Assembly (NCBI RefSeq): GCF_024502345.1
Contig: NZ_JALDNN010000001.1
DNA from: Escherichia coli
GTDB taxonomy: Bacteria; Pseudomonadota; Gammaproteobacteria; Enterobacterales; Enterobacteriaceae
DNA length: 64,000 bases
Direction: 5' to 3' (one strand)
The notes beneath the pieces are model-generated. The model was not told the DNA's origin. It searched no databases and was given only the letters and a program-made list of their open reading frames with translations. Numbering within the stretch: the stretch's first letter is position 1; each line of letters opens with the position of its first letter. The translations under genes and the position numbers were made by a program. This document shows, one piece after another, positions 34,493-43,292 of this stretch.

Positions 34493-35563
34493 ATGAAGCT
34501 GGTTGAACACTACATCATGCGTGGTACGCGCCGTCTGGTGCTGATTATCGTCGGTTTTCTGATCTTTATTTTCGCCAGCTACTCCGCACAGCGTTATCTG
34601 ACCGAAGCGGCAAATGGGACATTAGCTCTTGATGTTGTGCTGGATATCGTTTTCTACAAAGTGCTGATTGCACTGGAGATGTTGTTACCTGTTGGTCTGT
34701 ATGTGTCAGTTGGCGTGACGCTAGGGCAGATGTATACCGACTCGGAAATTACCGCTATCTCTGCGGCGGGGGGCAGTCCGGGACGCTTGTACAAAGCCGT
34801 TCTTTATCTGGCGATACCGCTAAGTATTTTTGTCACCCTTCTGTCGATGTATGGTCGTCCGTGGGCTTATGCGCAGATTTATCAACTGGAGCAGCAGTCG
34901 CAGTCGGAGCTGGATGTTCGCCAGTTGCGGGCAAAGAAATTTAACACTAACGATAACGGACGAATGATCCTTTCGCAGACGGTTGATCAGGATAATAATC
35001 GCCTGACTGACGCGCTGATTTATACTTCTACTGCCAATCGAACCCGCATTTTCCGCGCCCGTTCGGTTGATGTGGTTGACCCATCACCCGAGAAACCGAC
35101 CGTTATGTTGCACAACGGCACTGCCTATCTTCTCGATCATCAGGGGCGTGACGACAATGAACAGATCTACCGTAATCTGCAATTACATCTGAATCCGCTG
35201 GATCAAAGCCCTAACGTCAAACGCAAAGCAAAATCGGTCACGGAGCTGGCACGCTCTGTATTTCCTGCCGATCATGCCGAACTGCAATGGCGGCAAAGCC
35301 GTGGCCTGACAGCATTGTTGATGGCGCTGCTGGCCATTTCATTAAGTCGGGTAAAACCGCGGCAAGGGCGATTTTCAACATTATTGCCACTGACGTTGCT
35401 GTTTATTGCCATTTTTTATGGCGGCGACGTCTGCCGTACGCTGGTGGCTAACGGCGCGATTCCCCTCATTCCTGGTTTGTGGTTAGTACCCGGACTCATG
35501 CTAATGGGCCTGCTGATGCTGGTCGCACGCGACTTCTCTTTGCTGCAGAAATTTTCCCGATGA
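34493..35563 (+). CDS. LptF/LptG-family (YjgP/YjgQ) permease, paralog 1
   Basis: By-eye similarity to LptF (LIALEMLLPVGLYVSVGVTLGQMYTDSEITAISAAG vs recalled LptF [34 protein letters not shown]). Confidence 0.75.
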   Translation: MKLVEHYIMRGTRRLVLIIVGFLIFIFASYSAQRYLTEAANGTLALDVVLDIVFYKVLIALEMLLPVGLYVSVGVTLGQMYTDSEITAISAAGGSPGRLYKAVLYLAIPLSIFVTLLSMYGRPWAYAQIYQLEQQSQSELDVRQLRAKKFNTNDNGRMILSQTVDQDNNRLTDALIYTSTANRTRIFRARSVDVVDPSPEKPTVMLHNGTAYLLDHQGRDDNEQIYRNLQLHLNPLDQSPNVKRKAKSVTELARSVFPADHAELQWRQSRGLTALLMALLAISLSRVKPRQGRFSTLLPLTLLFIAIFYGGDVCRTLVANGAIPLIPGLWLVPGLMLMGLLMLVARDFSLLQKFSR

Positions 35564-36639
35564 ATGTTTTCAGTCGCTATTTAATCCGTCATCTCTTTCT
35601 CGGTTTTGCCGCCGCCGCAGGGCTATTGCTGCCGCTTTTTACCACCTTCAACCTGATTAACGAACTGGATGATGTCAGCCCGGGCGGTTATCGCTGGACT
35701 CAGGCGGTGCTGGTGGTGCTAATGACCTTACCGCGCACACTGGTCGAACTTTCGCCGTTTATCGCCTTATTGGGAGGGATTGTTGGCCTGGGGCAGTTAT
35801 CGAAAAACAGTGAGCTTACCGCCATTCGCAGCACGGGGTTTTCTATCTTCCGTATTGCACTGGTGGCGCTGGTTGCCGGGATATTGTGGACTGTTTCGTT
35901 AGGCGCGATAGATGAGTGGGTGGCGTCGCCATTGCAGCAACAGGCGCTGCAAATCAAATCGACCGCCACCGCGTTGGGGGAGGACGATGACATTACCGGC
36001 AATATGCTGTGGGCCAGGCGTGGTAATGAATTTGTGACGGTGAAATCGCTGAACGAGCAGGGCCAGCCGGTGGGCGTGGAGATATTTCATTATCGCGACG
36101 ATCTCTCGCTTGAATCCTACATTTATGCACGCAGTGCCACCATTGAAGACGACAAAACGTGGATCCTGCATGGTGTGAATCATAAAAAATGGCTGAATGG
36201 CAAAGAAACGCTGGAAACATTAGATAATCTTGCCTGGCAATCGGCCTTCACCAGTATGGATCTTGAAGAGTTATCAATGCCGGGCAATACTTTTTCTGTC
36301 CGTCAGCTTAATCATTACATCCATTATTTGCAGGAAACCGGGCAACCCAGCAGCGAATACCGCCTTGCACTGTGGGAAAAACTGGGGCAACCCATCCTGA
36401 CCCTGGCGATGATTTTGCTGGCTGTGCCGTTTACCTTTAGCGCCCCGCGCTCGCCAGGGATGGGTAGCCGTCTCGCTGTAGGCGTCATCGTTGGCTTACT
36501 CACCTGGATCAGCTATCAAATCATGGTCAATCTGGGATTGCTATTTGCGTTAAGCGCACCTGTTACCGCGCTCGGTTTACCGATAGCGTTTGTGCTGGTG
36601 GCGTTGAGCCTGGTGTATTGGTATGACAGACAATATTAA
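35560..36639 (+). CDS. LptF/LptG-family permease, paralog 2 (ATGA overlap with paralog 1)
   Basis: Start MNVFSRYLIRHLFLGF; family motif LSKNSELTAIRSTGFS; membrane topology. Confidence 0.75.
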   Translation: MNVFSRYLIRHLFLGFAAAAGLLLPLFTTFNLINELDDVSPGGYRWTQAVLVVLMTLPRTLVELSPFIALLGGIVGLGQLSKNSELTAIRSTGFSIFRIALVALVAGILWTVSLGAIDEWVASPLQQQALQIKSTATALGEDDDITGNMLWARRGNEFVTVKSLNEQGQPVGVEIFHYRDDLSLESYIYARSATIEDDKTWILHGVNHKKWLNGKETLETLDNLAWQSAFTSMDLEELSMPGNTFSVRQLNHYIHYLQETGQPSSEYRLALWEKLGQPILTLAMILLAVPFTFSAPRSPGMGSRLAVGVIVGLLTWISYQIMVNLGLLFALSAPVTALGLPIAFVLVALSLVYWYDRQY

Positions 36640-36640
36640 A

Positions 36641-36667
36641 CCCGCCGTGGCGCAACACCACGGCGGG
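36641..36667. terminator. Bidirectional hairpin (CCCGCCGTGG-CGCAACA-CCACGGCGGG) between the convergent permease and SPT operons
   Basis: 10-bp perfect stem read directly. Confidence 0.5.
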
Positions 36668-36673
36668 CTCACA

Positions 36674-37846
36674 TTACTGCTTCAGAGTAGCAAATGCCTG
36701 AATGATGGCATCGATTTGCTCACGACTATGGGCAGCGTTTACGCTACAGCGCAGTAGCGTGATGCCTGCAGGCGCGGCAGGTGGCAGGATAAGATTCACA
36801 TAAACGCCCAGCGAAATAAGCTCGCGCCAGATGCGTAAACCGTCCTCTTTCGAACCGATTATTACCGGTACTACCGGACTAATATGTGAACTTAACTCAT
36901 AACCCAGTTTTTGCAGACCGTCATACAGATGGTTGGCGTTATCCATCAGCTTTTGCCGCAGCTCTGGTTGTGTGGCAATAGTTCTTAACGACGAGCGCAC
37001 GGTCGCAATGCAGGACGGAGAAGGAGAGGCGGTAAAAATATACGGGCGGCTGCCGTAGCGCAGCACTTCCATCGCTTCCGAACCGACAGCAAAACCGCCA
37101 ATCGAGGCCAGACTTTTACTGAAGGTGCCAACGATAATATCCACATCATCTTCAACGCCTACAGCTTCAGCCAGTCCGCGCCCCGTTGCGCCTAACACGC
37201 CAAACGAATGCGCTTCATCGACAATCAAATAACCACCGAGACGACGTTTGATATCAACAATTTCCGCCAGCGGCGCAACGTCACCGAGCATGCTGTAGAT
37301 GCCCTCAACGATGATAATCGCCTCTTTCGCCCGTTCACCGAGGCGAACCATGCGCCGTTCCAGATCTTTAGCATCGTTATGGCGGAAACGAATAATTTCC
37401 GCGCCACCGAGAGAACAGGCGTCATAAATACTGGCGTGGCTGTCGGCATCCAGTAACACCACGGCGTTATGGTCGGCAAGTGCGCTGATGACGCCTAAAT
37501 TAGCGGTATAACCGGTTGAAAAAACGATAGCGGTAGGGCGATTGAAAAACTCGGCAATCTCTTTCTCTAACGCCAGGTGCGGCGCATAACTGCCGTTTGC
37601 CATACGAGAACCGGTGGTGCCGGTGCCTTGGGCCGCTAACGCTGCCTGACCTTCGCTGATGGCATCATGATTAAAGGTTAAACCGAGATAATTATTGGTC
37701 CCGGCCAGAATCACTTTTTTATTGCCGATCCGGCCTTCGGTGGCGGAATACACTTCATCAATACAGGTGCCAAACGGTGTTAACCCGTTGTCACTAAATT
37801 GCAGTCGCTCGCCAGCAAGGCGCGCATATTTATCGTATAGCCCCAT
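36674..37846 (-). CDS. Alpha-oxoamine synthase of the serine palmitoyltransferase type (PLP-dependent)
   Basis: 390-aa ORF with PLP-lysine motif GTFSKS and adjacent dedicated ACP gene; family assignment from recalled motifs. Confidence 0.8.
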   Translation of the reverse strand: MGLYDKYARLAGERLQFSDNGLTPFGTCIDEVYSATEGRIGNKKVILAGTNNYLGLTFNHDAISEGQAALAAQGTGTTGSRMANGSYAPHLALEKEIAEFFNRPTAIVFSTGYTANLGVISALADHNAVVLLDADSHASIYDACSLGGAEIIRFRHNDAKDLERRMVRLGERAKEAIIIVEGIYSMLGDVAPLAEIVDIKRRLGGYLIVDEAHSFGVLGATGRGLAEAVGVEDDVDIIVGTFSKSLASIGGFAVGSEAMEVLRYGSRPYIFTASPSPSCIATVRSSLRTIATQPELRQKLMDNANHLYDGLQKLGYELSSHISPVVPVIIGSKEDGLRIWRELISLGVYVNLILPPAAPAGITLLRCSVNAAHSREQIDAIIQAFATLKQ

Positions 37847-38094
37847 TATTTATTCTCCAGCCATGGAAGTAGAGTTTCCATTAATTGCGCAGGGGTTTTG
37901 ACATCCAGCAGAATATTAATAGGAATGGAAATATCGAATCTGTCTTCCAGCATCATTAAGAGATCCATCACTTTGATCGACTCCAGGCCAAGATCGTTGA
38001 CGAGATCGCTGTCGGGCTTAATTTCCACACCGTTTTCGACCAAATCCTGTAAACAGGAAAGGATGTAATCCATTACTATTTCACGATTTACCAT
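37846..38094 (-). CDS. Acyl carrier protein (pathway-dedicated)
   Basis: 82-aa acidic ORF with phosphopantetheine-site-like DLGLESI; stop overlaps the SPT start. Confidence 0.75.
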   Translation of the reverse strand: MVNREIVMDYILSCLQDLVENGVEIKPDSDLVNDLGLESIKVMDLLMMLEDRFDISIPINILLDVKTPAQLMETLLPWLENK

Positions 38095-38125
38095 AGAAAC
38101 GTTAACACACCTTTAAACAAGACAA

Positions 38126-39042
38126 TCAAAATAGCCCGTTGCGTAATGCGTGTTCCAGGCTAATCCCGGGAAACCAATTAATATCTTCAGAAATACGGTT
38201 ATTACTTGCCGACCAGTCGGCGTGGGTTAATTCACGAATTTTCGAGCGGGTCAGCATAGGTTCTTTACCTGCCAGGCGACTCAACGCGGTACTGATATCC
38301 GCAAGGCAGGTGAGTACCGGCAGAGGAATACCAACCATTCGCACGGAACCGCAACGGACGTTGGCGGCAAGTTGCTGTATGCGTTGCCAGTCATAGCCGC
38401 TAGCGACGCCATCGCATAATTCATAGGTTTGCGTCTGTACAGTTTCGGCGCTTAACCACTGACCCACTGCTTGCGCAAAATCGGTGACGTGCAGGAAAGA
38501 GAGCTGTGTATCTGGTGCACCAAGTCGTGGCAGCAGGCCGCGCAGCATCCAGTCAAACAGCGGTTTTAACTCTTTATCGCCGGGACCATACACGGCTGTC
38601 GGGCGAAAAACGCCCAGCGTAATTTCGTCCGCCATTGCTGCCAGTCGTTGCTCGGCGACGTATTTGGATTTTGCATACCAGGAGAGCTCGGGATGGCGCG
38701 CCGCCAGCGAAGAGATAAACAGAAAACGTTGGCAAAAACCGCTCTCTTTTGCCGCCTTCATCAGGCACAGGCTGCCGTCAACGTTACAGCGGGTGAAAAT
38801 CTCTTCTTTGTGCCCGCGCACTTGCCCGGCGCAATGGACCACCGCGCTGGCTCCGGCAACCAGTTCGCTAAGTGAATGAGTATCTTCCAGCGAACCGCGC
38901 ACCCAGGTGAGATTATCATTGACGTGAGCGCGGGCAAGTACGCGTCAATGCGCGAACGTGAAAGCCGCGGGCGAGCAGGTTATCGATAATATATTTACCG
39001 ATAAACCCGGTAGCGCCCGTCACCGCGACAGTTTGATTCATG
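38126..39042 (-). pseudogene. NAD(P)-dependent epimerase/dehydratase-family reductase, frameshifted near 38919-38944
   Basis: N-terminal Rossmann motif MNQTVAVTGATGFIGKYI in ORF 38916..39251; remainder in ORF 38126..38902 in another frame, which is open upstream across the break. Confidence 0.65.
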
Positions 39043-40759
39043 CCAGGGATTCCTGCACATGAAGGCTTGCAGCATAAGCCTTCTGATAACGTTTTTTCGC
39101 TTCCGCACGGGCAGGCTTGCCGGAGGATGTTCGGGGAATACTGTGGGGCGGCAACAGATCGATAGCCGCTGTTACGCCAAATTCGCTTTGGATCCGTGCT
39201 GCCAGCGCGTGGATAAGCTGCCCGCGACGTTCTTCGTCGCTGATCCGACACTGGATCTGCAAAATGATTTTTTCCTGGGCGGTAACAAAAGCAATCGCAT
39301 CGCCAGAATGAATTTCCGGTTCTTGTTCCGCAATATATTCAATATCCTGCGGCCAGATATTACGGCCACGAATAATAATCAGATCTTTAATACGTCCGGT
39401 GACATACAGATAACCGTCCAGCAGATAACCGAGGTCGCCGGTGTCTAACCAGCCCGTCGCGGCAATCTCGTCTTGCGAAACCTGGTCGCCAAAGTAACCG
39501 CTCATCAGGCTGGGGCCGGAGATGCAAATATGGCCTACCACACGTTCCGCGACCGGCATACCTGCTTCATTGCGGATTTCAATGCCATGTTCCGGCAACG
39601 CTTTGCCGCAGTTGACGAAAGTCGATACGGCGCGTGTCTCTGCACCCGGCGCGACGGCTTTACCCTGATATTCGAGGATGTCGCGATCCACTTCGTTAAC
39701 CACAACCCCGGAGGCTTCATCAGAGAAGCTGACAGCCAGCGCATTTTCTGCCAGTCCGTAGCACGGCATGAACGTTTTATTGTCAAAGTTAACCTGACGG
39801 AAACATTCAGCGAATTGATGGAGTTGTTCTGCGGAGATCGGCTCAGCACCAATACCAGCGACGCGCCAGCAGGAAAGATCCAGTTCAGCGAGATCTTTTT
39901 CATTCACGCGGCGCTGGCACAATTCATAGCCAAACGGCGGCGCAACGGAAACGGTGCCGCGATTTTTACTGATCAATTTAAGCCATTGCAGAGGACGCAT
40001 GGCAAAATCCTGAGTGCGCAAATAATCTACTGAAAGTTGCGTGGCGACGGGGGTCAGGAGAAAGCCGACCAGTCCCATATCATGGTAGAAAGGCAGCCAG
40101 GAGACGCAGCGGTCGCCAGGGCGTAATTTAATGCCATCGTGGCTTATAGCACGTAGATTAGCCATCACTTCGCGATGGGTGATAATGACGCCACGGGGAA
40201 AACGGGTGCTGCCGGAGGTGTACTGGAGGTAGGCAATATCGTTCGGAACTGGACGCTGGAGCGCAACATCGGCTTCCGGTAATGCCTTAAACCAGGCGTG
40301 GCTTAAAACATGTAATTCGGGGTTGTTATGCGTCGCGGCATTGACCAGTGGCAACCACTCATCACCAGTGATAATGGCTGCGGGCTGGCAACTTGCCAGT
40401 AAACCCTGGAGTTTGGCGCTCCAGGAATCCCGCTGACCGACGCCCATTGGAATCGCCAACGGGACGGCGACTAAGCCAGCATACTGACAGGCAAAAAAAG
40501 CCTCTACAAACCCGCTACTCGTTTCGGCAATCAGCGCCACGCGTTCGCCTTTTTTCAGGTTCAGCGATAACAACCGCTTCGCACCAGCTTCGGCACGCGT
40601 TTTTAATGTCTGATATTCCAGTTGATCTTCAAGTTGGCAACGTCTGTCATAAAAATTCATTCCGGCGCTACTCAGAGCGGCGTAGTCCAAAGCATCAACC
40701 AGCGTTGGAAAATCGGCATAGCGCATAGGTAGGGAATGCGTAAAGATTTTATTAGACAT
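39038..40759 (-). CDS. Fatty-acyl-AMP ligase / acyl-ACP synthetase-type adenylating enzyme
   Basis: AMP-binding motifs YTSGSTRFPRGV and GYG-type; stop overlaps the reductase start (ATGA). Confidence 0.8.
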   Translation of the reverse strand: MSNKIFTHSLPMRYADFPTLVDALDYAALSSAGMNFYDRRCQLEDQLEYQTLKTRAEAGAKRLLSLNLKKGERVALIAETSSGFVEAFFACQYAGLVAVPLAIPMGVGQRDSWSAKLQGLLASCQPAAIITGDEWLPLVNAATHNNPELHVLSHAWFKALPEADVALQRPVPNDIAYLQYTSGSTRFPRGVIITHREVMANLRAISHDGIKLRPGDRCVSWLPFYHDMGLVGFLLTPVATQLSVDYLRTQDFAMRPLQWLKLISKNRGTVSVAPPFGYELCQRRVNEKDLAELDLSCWRVAGIGAEPISAEQLHQFAECFRQVNFDNKTFMPCYGLAENALAVSFSDEASGVVVNEVDRDILEYQGKAVAPGAETRAVSTFVNCGKALPEHGIEIRNEAGMPVAERVVGHICISGPSLMSGYFGDQVSQDEIAATGWLDTGDLGYLLDGYLYVTGRIKDLIIIRGRNIWPQDIEYIAEQEPEIHSGDAIAFVTAQEKIILQIQCRISDEERRGQLIHALAARIQSEFGVTAAIDLLPPHSIPRTSSGKPARAEAKKRYQKAYAASLHVQESLA

Positions 40760-41129
40760 ATACACCACGAAAAAATTGGATATCAAAAATAAAATGACAA
40801 TAATGCGGTGGATTATATAGGCATAAAAGATAAATGAGATAGTATTTTCATCGGTGTGAAAATGAACATTGATTTAAATAATGAGTTTAAGTTTTTTGTT
40901 TTTATTGTGAATGATATTTAATTTATGAATATATTAAGAAGAAGCCTTGTCCGGTCGCCTTAAATCGACAAAAGGCATTGAGGCGCTTCTGTGTAGTCTC
41001 TAACCTTATCATAATCATTAATAAATACTATTTATTCTTTGTTTGTATTCATTGGGTTGATTATTAAGGTGTCGTTCGTTGCTGTTGCAACCTGTTTTTC
41101 ACCGTTAATTATTTGTTATCCACAGAGAT

Positions 41130-42203
41130 ATGGAATGCGATCTGCTGATGATTAAAATTGAAAAAGTAATTAATAAAAATGACCTTAAGGCATTTATCGC
41201 TTTTCCGTCATCACTTTATCCCGACGATCCAAACTGGATACCCCCTTTATTCATAGAACGCAACGAGCATTTGTCTGCGAAAAATCCGGGGACGGACCAT
41301 ATCATCTGGCAGGCGTGGGTGGCAAAAAAAGCGGGGCAGATAGTTGGGCGTATTACCGCGCAAATAGATACCTTGCACCGTGAGCGTTACGGTGAAGATA
41401 CCGGTCATTTCGGCATGATTGACGCCATTGATGATCCGCAGGTTTTTGCCGCGTTGTTTGGCGCAGCGGAAGCGTGGTTGAAGTCACAAGGTGCAAGTAA
41501 GATCAGCGGGCCTTTCAGCCTGAATATCAATCAGGAAAGCGGATTACTGATTGAAGGTTTTGACACACCACCCTGTGCGATGATGCCACACGGCAAACCG
41601 TGGTATGCCGCGCATATTGAACAACTGGGTTATCACAAAGGCATTGATTTACTGGCGTGGTGGATGCAGCGAACCGATCTCACTTTCTCTCCGGCGCTAA
41701 AAAAACTGATGGATCAGGTGCGCAAAAAGGTGACCATTCGCTGCATCAATCGTCAGCGGTTTGCCGAAGAGATGCAGATCCTGCGTGAGATTTTCAACTC
41801 TGGCTGGCAGCACAACTGGGGATTTGTGCCGTTTACCGAACATGAATTCGCGACCATGGGCGATCAACTTAAATATCTGGTGCCGGACGATATGATCTAC
41901 ATCGCTGAGATTGATTCTGCACCCTGCGCGTTTATTGTCGGCTTGCCGAACATCAACGAGGCGATTGCCGATCTGAACGGATCGCTCTTTCCCTTCGGCT
42001 GGGCAAAATTGCTGTGGCGTTTGAAAGTCAGCGGTGTGCGAACTGCGCGAGTACCGCTGATGGGCGTGCGCGACGAGTATCAGTTCAGCCGCATCGGCCC
42101 GGTGATTGCGCTGTTATTGATTGAAGCCTTACGCGATCCGTTTGCCCGCCGGAAGATCGAGCGCTGGAGATGTCATGGATCCTCGAAACCAATACAGGCA
42201 TGA
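41130..42203 (+). CDS. yghO: YghO-like protein, putative N-acyltransferase, divergently transcribed from the FAAL-ACP-SPT operon
   Basis: 357-aa ORF; position matches the K-12 yghO remnant next to glcC; acyltransferase assignment is tentative. Confidence 0.5.
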   Translation: MECDLLMIKIEKVINKNDLKAFIAFPSSLYPDDPNWIPPLFIERNEHLSAKNPGTDHIIWQAWVAKKAGQIVGRITAQIDTLHRERYGEDTGHFGMIDAIDDPQVFAALFGAAEAWLKSQGASKISGPFSLNINQESGLLIEGFDTPPCAMMPHGKPWYAAHIEQLGYHKGIDLLAWWMQRTDLTFSPALKKLMDQVRKKVTIRCINRQRFAEEMQILREIFNSGWQHNWGFVPFTEHEFATMGDQLKYLVPDDMIYIAEIDSAPCAFIVGLPNINEAIADLNGSLFPFGWAKLLWRLKVSGVRTARVPLMGVRDEYQFSRIGPVIALLLIEALRDPFARRKIERWRCHGSSKPIQA

Positions 42204-42277
42204 ATAACATGCTGGAACGCATTGGGGCGGAGCCGTACAAGCGTTACCGATTGTATGAAAAGCAGATTTAATACCAG

Positions 42278-43042
42278 CTAACTCAGGTTCATCTCCAGCG
42301 GCACCGCCGAGCGAATCAAATGGTGGCCTTCCAGCTCGATATCGTGGAGATTCTTTTTCACGGTCCGCACATGATCGCGTGCTGCGCGCTGGGCGACGTG
42401 CGGCAGCCGCTGCAACACCGCGTTGTAGATCCTCGCATGCTGGCGATCGATCTGCTTTTTTTGCTGTGGTCGATGGTAGAGATTATTTACGCTGGCAAAC
42501 ACTGAATTAAACATCAGATCGGTCAATGATTGCAGCGTAAACACCAGCACCTGATTGTGAGAAGCCTGACAAATGGCGAGATGGAAAGCGTGATCCAACT
42601 GCGCATGTTCAATCAGCGAAATCTCTTTGTTGTTCTCACTGGCGGCGAGCATTTTTTCATAACAGCGGGTTATCACAACAAAATCAGCCTGCGTTCCCAG
42701 CGTTGCCGCCAGCCTTGCCGATTCGCCCTCCAGTAATGCGCGAACGTCGAGCAGATCGTACAGCGTTCGCGGCTGTGTACTGAACAGATGGATCAGCGGG
42801 CTGGTGTCCTGCACCCGATTAAGCCGTGCGACACGAGAATCGCGACCCTGCGCCGTTTCAATAATCCCGCGCCCGCGCAGCACGGTCAGCCCTTCACGCA
42901 GTGCGGAGCGTGAGAAGCCGAGCTTTTCACACAGTCGACGTTCCGAGGGAAGTGGCTGACCGACCTTCAGTACGCCGTCGATAATTAACCGTTCGATACT
43001 CTCTGCAACCACTTCGCAAATAGGGCGACGTTCATCTTTCAT
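42278..43042 (-). CDS. glcC: GntR/FadR-family glycolate operon activator
   Basis: Start at MKDERRPICEVVAESIERLIIDG gives 254 aa; divergent from glcD. Confidence 0.9.
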   Translation of the reverse strand: MKDERRPICEVVAESIERLIIDGVLKVGQPLPSERRLCEKLGFSRSALREGLTVLRGRGIIETAQGRDSRVARLNRVQDTSPLIHLFSTQPRTLYDLLDVRALLEGESARLAATLGTQADFVVITRCYEKMLAASENNKEISLIEHAQLDHAFHLAICQASHNQVLVFTLQSLTDLMFNSVFASVNNLYHRPQQKKQIDRQHARIYNAVLQRLPHVAQRAARDHVRTVKKNLHDIELEGHHLIRSAVPLEMNLS

Positions 43043-43292
43043 TCCCGGACCTCGTGCACAGGTAGGACCAATTTTTCTGTTCTTAACTCGCAAAACACGC
43101 ACATCACGCAAGTGATTATGTTACATCAATTTAACATTGAGTTAACCAAGGCAAGGTCACAGAGCTGGAAAAAAAATGGTCTGACCGGTAGCTAAAGAGA
43201 TAGACGAAAACGAAAAGCCCGCTTAATAACTGTTCACAGAAGCAGCGCGCAAAAATCAGCTGCCACACAACACAACAAAGCGAAGCCTACTC

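Noticed and set aside
42320-42736. Short plus-strand ORFs inside glcC
   Set aside because: Antisense to glcC, under 70 aa, no ribosome-binding site
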